Source: Eledone cirrhosa (lineage: Eukaryota). From it: a DNA stretch of 64,000 nt. The translations under genes were made by a program, and so were the position numbers. Location: the NCBI GenBank assembly GCA_964016885.1, contig OZ024740.1, positions 389,918,001 to 389,982,000 of the forward strand, given 5' to 3'. The notes under the pieces are model-generated. The model ran no database searches, was not told the origin of the DNA, and saw only the letters and a program-made list of their open reading frames with translations. This document shows positions 29,380 through 42,100 of the stretch, piece by piece; positions within the stretch are counted from its first letter, which is position 1, and each line of letters begins with the position of its first letter.

Positions 29380-31480
29380 TTAGAACCTCTTTTCGGAGTT
29401 ACAACCTCTATTTATTCATGTTCTGTCGGAGTTAGAACCTCTATTTATTCATGTTCTGTCGGAGTTAGAACCTCTGTTTATTCATGTTCTGTCGGAGTTA
29501 GAACCTCTTGTCGGAGTCAGAACCTCTATTTATTCATGTTCTTTCGGAGTTAGAACCTCTATTTATTCATGTTCTGTCGCAGTTAGAATCTCTATTTATT
29601 CAATATCTGTCGCAGTTAGAACCTCTTGTCGGAGTCAGAACCTCTATTTATTCATGTTCAGTCGGAGTCAGAACCTCTATTTATTCATGTTCTGTCGGAG
29701 TTAGAACCTCTGTTTATTCATGTTCTGTCGCAGTTAGAACCTCTATTTATTCATGTTCTGTGGGAGTTAGAACCTCGATTTATTCATCTTCTGTCGGAGT
29801 TAGAACCTCTGTTTATTCATCTGCTGTCGGAGTCAGAACCTCTATTTATTCATGTTCTGTCGGAGTCAGAACCTCTGTTTATTCATGTTCTGTCGGAGTT
29901 AGAACCTCTATTTATTCATGTTCTGTCGGAGTTAGAGTCTCTATTTATTCATGTTCTGTCGCAGTTAGAACCTCTATTTATTCAATATCTGTCGCAGTTC
30001 GAACCTCTTGTCGGAGTTAGAACATCTATTTATTCATGTTCTGTCGGAGTCAGAACCTCTATTTATTCATGTTCTTTCGGAGTTAGAACCTCTGTTTATT
30101 CATGTTCTTTCGGAGTTAGAACCTCGATTTATTCATGTTCTGTCGTAGTTAGAACCTCTATTTATTCATCTTCTGTCGGAGATAGAACCTCTATTTATTC
30201 ATGTTCTGTCGGAGTTGGAATCTCTATTCATTCATGTTCTGTCGGAGTTAGAACCTCTATTTATTCATGTTCTGTCGGAGTTAGAACATCTATTTATTCA
30301 TGTTCTGTCGCATTTAGAACCTCTGTTTATTCATGTTCGGTCGGAGTTAGAACCTCTTGTCGGAGTTAGAACCTCTGTTTATTCATGTTCTTTCGGAGTT
30401 AAAACCTCTGTTTATTCATGTTCTGTCGCAGTTAGAATCTCTTTTCGGAGTTACAACCTCTATTTATTCATGTTCTGTCGGAGTTAGAACCTCTATTTAT
30501 TCATGTTCTGTCGGAGTTAGAACCTCTGTTTATTCATGTTCTGTCGGAGTTAGAACCTCTTGTCGGAGTCAGAACCTCTATCTATTCATGTTCTTTCGGA
30601 GTTAGAACCTCTATTTATTCATGTTCTGTCGCAGTTAGAATCTCTATTTATTCAATATCTGTCGCAGTTAGAACCTCTTGTCGGAGTCAGAACCTCTATT
30701 TATTCATGTTCAGTCGGAGTCAGAACCTCTATTTATTCATGTTCTGTCGGAGTTAGAACCTCTGTTTATTCATGTTCTGTCGCAGTTAGAACCTCTATTT
30801 ATTCATGTTCTGTGGGAGTTAGAACCTCGATTTATTCATGTTCTGTCGGAGTTAGAACCTCTGTTTATTCATGTGCTGTCGGAGTCAGAACCTCTATTTA
30901 TTCATGTTCTGTCGGAGTCAGAACCTCTGTTTATTCATGTTCTGTCGGAGTTAGAACCTCTATTTATTCATGTTCTGTCGGAGTTAGAGTCTCTATTTAT
31001 TCATGTTCTGTCGCAGTTAGAACCTCTATTTATTCAATATCTGTCGCAGTTCGAACCTCTTGTCGGAGTTAGAACATCTATTTATTCATGTTCTGTCGGA
31101 GTCAGAACCTCTATTTATTCATGTTCTTTCGGAGTTAGAACCTCTGTTTATTCATGTTCTTTCGGAGTTAGAACCTCGATTTATTCATGTTCTGTCGTAG
31201 TTAGAACCTCTATTTATTCATCTTCTGTCGGAGATAGAACCTCTATTTATTCATGTTCTGTCGGAGTTGGAATCTCTATTCATTCATGTTCTGTCGGAGT
31301 TAGAACCTCTATTTATTCATGTTCTGTCGGAGTTAGAACATCTATTTATTCATGTTCTGTCGCATTTAGAACCTCTGTTTATTCATGTTCGGTCGGAGTT
31401 AGAACCTCTTGTCGGAGTTAGAACCTCTGTTTATTCATGTTCTTTCGGAGTTAAAACCTCTGTTTATTCATGTTCTGTCG
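29380..31480. repeat. 1,052-bp tandem duplication inside the satellite
   Basis: ORF pairs 29,508/30,560, 29,626/30,678 and 30,357/31,409. 1,052 = 29x33 + 5x19. Confidence 0.85.
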
Positions 31481-34400
31481 CAGTTAGAACCACTATTTAT
31501 TCATGTTCTGTCCGAGTTAGAAGCTCTATTTATTCATGTTCTGTCGCATTTAGAACCTCTGTTTATTCATGTTCTGTCGGAGTTAGAACCTCTTGTCGGA
31601 GTCAGAACCTCTATTTATTCATGTTCATTCGGAGTTAGAACCTCTATTTATTCATGTTCTGTCGCAGTTAGAATCTCTATTTATTCAATATCTGTCGCAG
31701 TTAGAACCTCTTGTCGGAGTCAGAACCTCTATTTATTCATGTTCAGTCGGAGTCAGAACCTCTATTTATTCATGTTCTGTCGGAGTTAGAACCTCTGTTT
31801 ATTCATGTTCTGTCGCAGTTAGAACCTCTATTTATTCATGTTCTGTGGGAGTTAGAACCTCGATTTATTCATGTTCAGTCGGAGTCAGAACCTCTATTTA
31901 TTCATGTTCTGTCGGAGTGAGAACCTCTGTTTATTCATGTTCTGTCGGAGTTAGAACCTCTATTTATTCATGTTCTGTCGGAGTGAGAACCTCTGTTTAT
32001 TCATGTTCTGTCGGAGTTAGAACCTCTATTTATTCATGTTCTGTCGGAGTTAGAGCCTCTATTTATTCATGTTCTGTCGCAGTTAGAACCTCTATTTATT
32101 CAATATCTGTCGCAGTTAGAACCTCTTGTCGGAGTCAGAACCTCTATTTATTCATGTTCTGTCGGAGTCAGAAACTCTATTCATTCATGTTATGTCGGAG
32201 TCAGAACCTCTATATATTCATGTTCTGTCGGAGTTAGAACCGCTGTTTATTCATGTTCTGTCGGAGTCAGAACCTCTATTTATTCATGTTCTGTGGGAGT
32301 TAGAACCTCGATTTATTCATGTTCTGTCGGAGTCAGAACCTCTATTTATTCATGTTCTGTCGGAGTGAGAACCTCTGTTTATTCATGTTCTGTCGGAGTT
32401 AGAACCTCTATTTATTCATGTTCTGTCGGAGTTAGAGCCTCTATTTATTCATGTTCTGTCGCAGTTAGAACCTCTATTTATTCAATATCTGTCGCAGTTA
32501 GAACCTCTTGTCGGAGTCAGAACCTCTATTTATTCATGTTCTGTCGGAGTCAGAAACTCTATTCATTCATGTTATGTCGGAGTCAGAACCTCTATATATT
32601 CATGTTCTGTCGGAGTTAGAACCGCTGTTTATTCATGTTCTGTCGGAGTTAGAACCTCTGTTTATTCATATTCTGTCGGAGTCAGAACCTCTATTTATTC
32701 ATGTTCTGTCGGAGTTAGAACCTCTATTTATTCATGTTCTGTCGGAGTTAGAACCTCTATTTATTCATGTTCTGTCGGAGTTAGAACCTCTATTTATTCA
32801 TGTTCTGTCGCAGTTAGAATCTCTATTTATTCATGTTCTGTCGGAGTTAGAACCTCTATTTATTCATGTTCTGTCGGAGTTAGAACCTCTATTTATTCAT
32901 GTTCTGTCGCAGATAGAATCTCTATTTATTCATGTTCTGTCGGAGTTAGAACCTCTATTTATTCATGTTCTGTCGGAGTTAGAACCTCTATTTATTCATG
33001 TTCTGTCGCAGTTAGAATCTCTATTTATTCATGTTCTGTCGGAGTTAGAACCTCTATTTATTCATGTTCTGTCGGAGTTAGAACCTCTATTTATCCATGT
33101 TCTGTCGCAGTTAGAATCTCTATTTATTCATGTTCTGTCGGAGTTAGAACCTCTATTTATTCATGTTCTGTCGGAGTTAGAACCTCTATTTATTCATGTT
33201 CTGTCGCAGTTAGAATCTCTATTTATTCATGTTCTGTCGGAGTTAGAACCTCTATTTATTCATGTTCTGTCGGAGTTAGAACCTCTGTTTATTCATGTTC
33301 TGTCGGAGTGAGACCCTCTATTTATTCATGTTCTGTCGGAGTTAGAACCTCTATTTATTCATGTTCTGTCGGAGTTAGAACCTCTGTTTATTCATGTTCA
33401 TTCGGAGTTAGAACCTCTGTTTATTCATGTTCTATCGGAATTAGAACCTCTGTTTATTCATGTTCTTTCGGAGTTAGAACCTCTATTTATTCATGTTCTG
33501 TCGCAGTTAGAACCTCTTTTCGGAGTTACAACCTCTATTTATTCATGTTCTCTCGGAGTTAGAACCTCTATTTATTCATGTTCTGTCGGAGTTAGAACCT
33601 CTTGTCGGAGTCAGAACCTCTATTTATTCATGTTCCTTCGGAGTTAGAACCTCTATTTATTCATGTTCTGTCGCAGTTAGAATCTCTATTTATTCAATAT
33701 CTGTCGCAGTTAGAACCTCTTGTCGTAGTCAGAACCTCTATTTATTCATGTTCAGTCGGAGTCAGAACCTCTATTTATTCATGTTCTGTCGGAGTTAGAA
33801 CCTCTGTTTATTCATGTTCTGTCGCAGTTAGAACCTCTATTTATTCATGTTCTGTGGGAGTTAGAACCTCGATTTATTCATGTTCTGTCGGAGTTAGAAC
33901 CTCTGTTTATTCATGTTCTGTCGGAGTCAGAACCTCTATTTATTCATGTTCTGTCGGAGTGAGAACCTCTGTTTATTCATGTTCTGTCGGAGTTAGAACC
34001 TCTATTTATTCATGTTCTGTCGGAGTTAGAGCCTCTATTTATTCATGTTCTGTCGCAGTTAGAACCTCTATTTATTCAATATCTGTCGCAGTTAGAACCT
34101 CTTGTCGGAGTTAGAACATCTATTTATTCATGTTCTGTCGGAGTCAGAACCTCTGTTTATTCATGTTCTGTCGGAGTTAGACCCTCTATTTATTCATGTT
34201 CTTTCGGAGTTAGAACCTCTGTTTATTCATGTTCTTTCGGAGTTAGAACCTCGATTTATTCATGTTCTGTCGGAGTTAGAACCTCTATTTATTCATCTTC
34301 TGTCGGAGTTAGAACCTCTATTTATTCATGTTCTGTCGGAGTTGGAACCTCTATTCATTCATGTTCTGTCGGAGTTAGAACCTCTATTTATTCATGTTCT

Positions 34401-37400
34401 GTCGGAGTTAGAACATCTATTTATTCATGTTCTGTCGCGTTTAGAACCTCTGTTTATTCATGTTCGGTCGGAGTTAGAACCTCTGGTCGGAGTTAGAACC
34501 TCTGTTTATTCATGTTCTTTCGGAGTTAAAACCTCTGTTTATTCATGTTCTGTCGCAGTTAGAACCACTATTTATTCATGTTCTGTCGGAGTTAGAAGCT
34601 CTATTTATTCATGTTCTGTCGCATTTAGAACCTCTGTTTATTCATGTTCTGTCGGAGTCAGAACCTCTATTTATTCATGTTCTTTCGGAGTTAGAACCTC
34701 TATTTATTCATGTTCTGTCGCAGTTAGAATCTCTATTTATTCAATATCTGTCGCAGTTAGAACCTCTTGTCGGAGTCAGAACCTCTATTTATTCATGTTC
34801 AGTCGGAGTCAGAACCTCTATTTATTCATGTTCTGTCGGAGTTAGAACCTCTGTTTATTCATGTTCTGTCGCAGTTAGAACCTCTATTTATTCATCTTCT
34901 GTGGGAGTTAGAACCTCGATTTATTCATGTTCTGTCGGAGTTAGAACCTCTGTTTATTCATGTTCTGTCGGAGTCAGAACCTCTATTTATTCATGTTCTG
35001 TCGGAGTGAGAACCTCTGTTTATTCATGTTCTGTCGGAGTTAGAACCTCTATTTATTCATGTTCTGTCTGAGTTAGAGCCTCTATTTATTCATGTTCTGT
35101 CGCAGTTAGAACCTCTATTTATTCAATATCTGTCGCATTTAGAACCTCTTGTCGGAGTCAGAACCTCTATTTATTCATGTTCTGTCGGAGTAAGAACCTC
35201 TATTTATTCATGTTCTATCGGAGTTAGAACCTTATTTTTTCATGTTCTGTCGTAGTTAGAACCTCTGTTTATTCATGTTCTGTCGCAGTTAGAACCACTA
35301 TTTATTCATGTTCTGTCGCAGTTAGAACCTCTATTTATTCATGTTCTGTCGGAGTTAGAACATGTATTTATTCATGTTCTGTCGGAGTCAGAACCTCTAT
35401 TTATTTAGGTTCTGTCGGAGTTAGAACCTCTATTTATTCATGTTCTGTCGGAGTTAGAACATCTATTTATTCATGTTCTGTCGCATTTAGAACCTCTGTT
35501 TATTCATGTTTTGTCGGAGTTAGAACCTCTTGTCGGAGTTAGAACCTCTGTTTATTCATGTTCTTTCGGAGTTAAAACCGCTGTTTATTCATGTTCTGTC
35601 GCAGTTAGAACCACTATTTATTCATGTTCTGTCGGAGTTAGAAGCTCTATTTATTCATGTTCTGTCGCATTTAGAACCTCTGTTTATTCATGTTCTGTCG
35701 GAGTTAGAACCTCTTGTCGGAGTCAGAACCTCTATTTATTCATGTTCTTTCGGAGTTAGAACCTCTATTTATTCATGTTCTGTCGGAGTTAGAATCTCTA
35801 TTTATTCAATATCTGTCGCAGTTAGAACCTCTTGTCGGAGTCAGAACCTCTATTTATTCATGTTCAGTCGGAGTCAGAACCTCTATTTATTCATGTTCTG
35901 TCGGAGTTAGAACCTCTTTTTATTCATGTTCTGTCGCAGTTAGAACCTCTATTTATTCATGTTCTGTGGGAGTTAGAACCTCGATTTATTCATGTTCTGT
36001 CGGAGTTAGAACCTCTGTTTATTCAATATCTGTCGCAGTTAGAACCTCTTGTCGGAGTCAGAACCTCTATTTATTCATGTTCTGTCGGAGTCAGAAACTC
36101 TATTCATTCATGTTATGTCGGAGTCAGAACCTCTATATATTCATGTTCTGTCGGAGTTAGAACCGCTGTTTATTCATGTTCTGTCGGAGTCAGAACCTCT
36201 ATTTATTCATGTTCTGTCGGAGTTAGAACCTCTGTTTATTCATGTTCTGTCGGAGTTAGAACCTCTATTTATTCATGTTCTGTCGGAGTTAGAACCTCTA
36301 TTTATCCATGTTCTGTCGGAGTTAGAACCTCTATTTATTCATGTTCTGTCGCAGTTAGAATCTCTATTTATTCATGTTCTGTCGGAGTTAGAACCTCTAT
36401 TTATTCATGTTCTGTCGGAGTTAGAACCTCTATTTATTCATGTTCTGTCGGAGTTAGAACCTCTATTTATTCATGTTCTGTCGCAGTTAGAATCTCTATT
36501 TATTCATGTTCTGTCGGAGTTAGAACCTCTATTTATTCATGTTCTGTCGGAGTTAGAACCTCTGTTTATTCATGTTCTGTCGGAGTGAGACCCTCTATTT
36601 ATTCATGTTCTGTCGGAGTTAGAACTTCTATTTATTCATGTTCTGTCGGAGTTAGAACCTCTGTTTATTCATGTTCATTCGGAGTTAGAACCTCTGTTTA
36701 TTCATGTTCTTTCGGAGTTAGAACCTCTATTTATTCATGTTCTGTCGCAGTTAGAACCTCTTTTCGGAGTTAGAACCTCTATTTATTCATGTTCTGTCGG
36801 AGTTAGAACCTCTATTTATTCATGTTCTGTCGGAGTTAGAACCTCTGTTTATTCTTGTTCTGTCGGAGTTAGAAGCTCTATTTATTCATGTTCTGTCGCA
36901 GTTAGAACCTCTATTTATTCATGTCCTGTCGGAGTTAGAACCTCTGTTTATTCATGTTCTGTCGGAGTTAGAACATCTATTTATTAATGTTCTGTCGCAG
37001 TTAAAACCTCTGTTTATTCATGTTCTGTCGGAGTTAGAACGTCTTGTCGGAATCAGAACCTCTATATATTCATGTTCTGTCGGAGTTAGAACCTCTATTT
37101 ATTCATGTTCTGTTGGAGTTAGAACCTCTGTTTATTCATGTTCTTTCGGAGTTAGAACCTCTGTTTATTCATGTTCTATCGGAATTAGAACCTCTGTTTA
37201 TTCATGTTCTTTCGGAGTTAGAACCTCTATTTATTCATGTTCTGTCGCAGTTAGAACCTCTATTTATTCATGTTCTGTCGCAGTTAGAACCTCTATTTAT
37301 TCATGTTCTGTCGGAGTAAGAACCTCTATTTATTCATGTTCTATCGGAGTTAGAAACTCGGTTTATTCATGTTCTTTCTGAGTTAGAACCTCTATTTATT

Positions 37401-39199
37401 CATGTTCTGTCGGAGTTAGAACCTCTATTTATTCATGTTCTGTCGCAGTTAGAACCTCTATTTATTCATGTTCTGTCGGAGTTAGAACCTCTGTTTACTC
37501 ATGTTCTGTCGGAGTGAGAACCTCTATTTATTCATGTTCTGTCGGAGTTAGAACCATATTTTTTCATGTTCTGTCGTAGTTAGAACCTCTGTTTATTCAT
37601 GTTCTGTCGGAGTTAGAACATCTATTTATTCATGTTCTGTCGCATTTAGAACCTCTGTTTATTCATGTTCGGTCGGAGTTAGAAGATCTGTTTATTCATG
37701 TTCTTTCGGAGTTAGAACCTCTATTTATTCATGCTCTCTCGGAGTCAGAACGTCTATTTATTCATGTTCTGTCGCAGTTAGAACCTCTTGTCGGAGTTAG
37801 AAACTCTATTTATTTATGTTCTGTCGCAGTTAGAACCTCTGTTTATTCATGTTCTTTCGGAGTTAGAACCTCGATTTATTCATGTTCTGTCGGAGTTAGA
37901 ACCTCTATTTATTCATGTTCTGTCGGAGTTAGAACCTCTATTTATTCATGTTCTGTCGCAGTTAGAATCTCTATTTATACATGTTCTGTCGGAGTTAGAA
38001 CCTCTGTTTATTCATGTTCTGTCGGAGTGAGACCCTCTATTTATTCATGTTCTGTCGGAGTTAGAACCTCTATTTATTCATGTTCTGTCGGAGTTAGAAC
38101 CTCTGTTTATTCATTTTCATTCGGAGTTAGAACCTCTGTTTATTCATGTTCTATCGGAATTAGAACCTCTGTTTATTCATGTTCTTTCGGAGTTAGAACC
38201 TCTATTTATTCATGTTCTGTCGCAGTTAGAACCTCTTTTCGGAGTTAGAACCTCTATTTATTCATGTTCTGTCGGAGTTAGAACCTCTGTTTATTCTTGT
38301 TCTGTCGCAGTTAGAACGTCTATTTATTCATGTTCCGTCGCAGTTAAAACCGCTTGTCGGAGTTAGAACTTCCATTTATTCATGTTCTGTCGGTGTTAGA
38401 ACATCTATTTATTCATGTTCTGTCGCAGTTAGAACCTATATTTATTCATGTTCTGTCGGAGCTAGAACCTCATTTTATTCATGTTCTGTCGGAGTTAGAA
38501 CATTTATTTATTCATGTTCTGTCGGAGTTAGAACCTCTCTTTATTCATGTTCTGTGGGAGTTAGAACCTCTATTTATTTATGTTCTGTCGGAGTTAGAAC
38601 ATCTATTTATTCATGTTCTGTCGCAGTTAGAACCTCTATTTATTCATGTTGCGTCGCAGTTAGAACCATTTGTCGGAGTTAGAACCTCTATTTATTCATG
38701 TTCTCTCGGAGTCAGAATGTCTATTTATTCATGTTCTATCGCAGTTAGAACCTCTTGTCGGAGTTAGAAACTCTATTTATTTATGTTCTGTCGGAGTTAG
38801 AACCTCTGTTTATTCATGTTCGGTCGGAGTTAGAAGATCTGTTTATTCATGTTCTTTCGGAGTTAGAACCTCTATTTATTCATGCTCTCTCGGAGTCAGA
38901 ACGTCTATTTATTCATGTTCCGTCGCAGTTAAAACCTCTTGTCGGAGTTAGAACCTCCATTTATTCATGTTCTGTCGGTGTTAGAACATCTATTTATTCA
39001 TGTTCTGTCGCAGTTAGAACCTATATTTATTCATGTTCTGTCGGAGCTAGAACCTCATTTTATTCATGTTCTGTCGGAGTTAGAACATTTGTTTATTCAT
39101 GTTCTGTCGGAGTTAGAACCTCTCTTTATTCATGTTCTGTCTGAGTTAGAACCTCTATTTATTTATGTTCTGTCGGAGTTAGAACATCTATTTATTCAT

Positions 39200-42100
39200 G
39201 TTCTGTCGCAGTTAGAACCTCTATTTATTCATGTTGCGTCGCAGTTAGAACCTCTTGTCGGAGTTATAACCTCTATTTATTCATGTTCTGTCGCAGTTAG
39301 AACCTCTATTTATTCATGTTCTCTCGGAGTTAGAACCTCTATCTTTTCATGTTCTGTCGGAGTTAGAACCTCTATTTATTCATGTTCTGTCGGAGTTAGA
39401 ACCTCTATTTATTCATGTTCTGTCGGAGTTAGAACCTCTTGTCGGGGTTAGAATCTCTATTTATTCATGTTCTGTCGGAGTTAGAACCTCTATTTATTGA
39501 TGTTCTTTCGGAGTTAGTACCTCTATTTATTCATGCTTTCTCGGAGTCAGAATGTCTATTTATTCATGTTCTGTCGCAGTTAGAACCTCTTGTCGGAGTT
39601 AGAAACTCTATTTATTTATGTTCTGTCGGAGTTAGAACCTCTGTTTATTCATGTTCTTTCGGAGTTAGAACCTCGATTTATTCATGTTCTGTCGGAGTTA
39701 GCACCTCTATTTATTCATGTTCTGTCGGAGTTAGAACCTCTATTCATTCATGTTCTGTCGCAGTTAGAACCTCTATTTATTCATGTTCTGTCGGAGTTAC
39801 AACCTCTATTTATTCATGTTCTGTCTGAGTTAGAACCTCTGTTTATTCATGTTCTTTCGGAGTTAGAATCTCTGTTTATTCATGTTGTGTCGGAGTCAGA
39901 ACCTCTATTTATTCATGTTCTGTCGGAGTTAGAACCTTTATTTATTCATGTTCTGTCGGAGTCAGAACTTCTATTTATTCATGTTCTGTCGGAGTTAGAA
40001 CCTCTATTTATTCATGTTCTGTCGGAGTTAGAACCTCTATTTATTCATGTTCTGTCGGAGTTAGAACCTCTATTTATTCATGTTCTGTCGGAGTTAGAAC
40101 CTCTGTTTATTCTTGTTCTGTCGGAGTTAGAAGCTCTATTTATTCATGTTCTGTCGCAGTTAGAACCTCTATTTATTCATGTTCTGTCGGAGTTAGAACC
40201 TCTGTTTATTCATGTTCTGTCGGAGTTAGAACATCTATTTATTAATGTTCTGTCGCAGTTAAAACCTCTGTTTATTCATGTTCTGTCGGAGTTAGAACCT
40301 CTTGTCGGAATCAGAACCTCTATATATTCATGTTCTGTCGGAGTTAGAACCTCTATTTATTCATGTTCTGTTGGAGTTAGAACCTCGGTTTATTCATGTT
40401 CTTTCGGAGTTAGAACCTCTGTTTATTCATGTTCTGTCGCAGTTAGAACCTCTTTTCGCAGTCAGAACCTCTATTTATTCATGTTCTGTCGGAGTTAGAA
40501 CCTCTATTTATTCATGTTATGTCGGAGTTAGAACCTCTATTTATTGATGTTCTGTCGCAGTTAGAACCTCTATTTATTCATGTTCTGTCGGAGTAAGAAC
40601 CTCTATTTATTCATGTTCTATCGGAGTTAGAACCTCGGTTTATTCATGTTCTTTAGGAGTTAGAACCTCTATTTATTCATGTTCTGTCGGAGTTAGAACC
40701 TCTATTTATTCATGTTCTGTCGCAGTTAGAACCTCTATTTATTCATGTTCTGTCGCAGTTAGAACCTCTATTTATTCATGTTCTGTGGGAGTTAGAACCT
40801 CGATTTATTCATGTTCTGTCGGAGTCAGAACCTCTATTTATTCAATATCTGTCGCAGTTAGAACCTCTTGTCGGAGTCAGAACCTCTATTTATTCATGTT
40901 CTGTCGGAGTCAGAAACTCTATTCATTCATGTTATGTCGGAGTCAGAACCTCTATTTATTCAATATCTGTCGCAGTTAGAACCTCTTGTCGGAGTCAGAA
41001 CCTCTGTTTATTCATATTCTGTCGGAGTCAGAACCTCTATTTATTCATGTTCTGTCGGAGTTAGAACCTCTATTTATTCATGTTCTGTCGGAGTTAGAAC
41101 CTCTATTTATTCATGTTCTGTCGGAGTTAGAACCTCTATTTATTCATGTTCTGTCGCAGTTAGAACCTCCATTTATTCATGTTCTGTCGCAGTTAGAATC
41201 TCTATTTATTCATGTTCTGTCGGAGTTAGAACCTCTATTTATTCATGTTCTGTCGGAGTTAGAACCTCTGTTTATTCATGTTCTGTCGGAGTGAGACCCT
41301 GTATTTATTCATGTTCTGTCGGAGTTAGAACCTCTATTTATTCATGTTCTGTCGGAGTTAGAACCTCTGTTTATTCATGTTCATTCGGAGTTAGAACCTC
41401 TGTTTATTCATGTTCTATCGGAATTAGAACCTCTGTTTATTCATGTTCTTTCGGAGTTAGAACCTCTATTTATTCATGTTCTGTCGCAGTTAGAACCTCT
41501 TTTCGGAGTTAGAACCTCTATTTATTCATGTTCTGTCGGAGTTAGAACCTCTATTTATTCATGTTCTGTCGGAGTTAGAACCTCTGTTTATTCTTGTTCT
41601 GTCGGAGTTAGAAGCTCTATTTATTCATGTTCTGTCGCAGTCAGAACCTCTATTTATTCATGTTCTGTCGGAGTTAGAACCTCTGTTTATTCATGTTCTG
41701 TCGGAGTTAGAACATCTATTTATTAATGTTCTGTCGCAGTTAAAACCTCTGTTTATTCATGTTCTGTCGGAGTTAGAACCTCTTGTCGGAATCAGAACCT
41801 CTATATATTCATGTTCTCTCGGAGTTAGAACCTCTATTTATTCATGTTCTGTTGGAGTTAGAACCTCTGTTTATTCATGTTCTTTCGGAGTTAGAACCTC
41901 TGTTTATTCATGTTCTATCGGAATTAGAACCTCTGTTTATTCATGTTATTTCGGATTTAGAACCTCTATTTATTCATGTTCTGTCGCAGTTAGAACCTCT
42001 ATTTATTGATGTTCTGTCGCAGTTAGAACCTCTATTTATTCATGTTCTGTCGGAGTAAGAACCTCTATTTATTCATGTTCTATCGGAGTTAGAACCTCGG

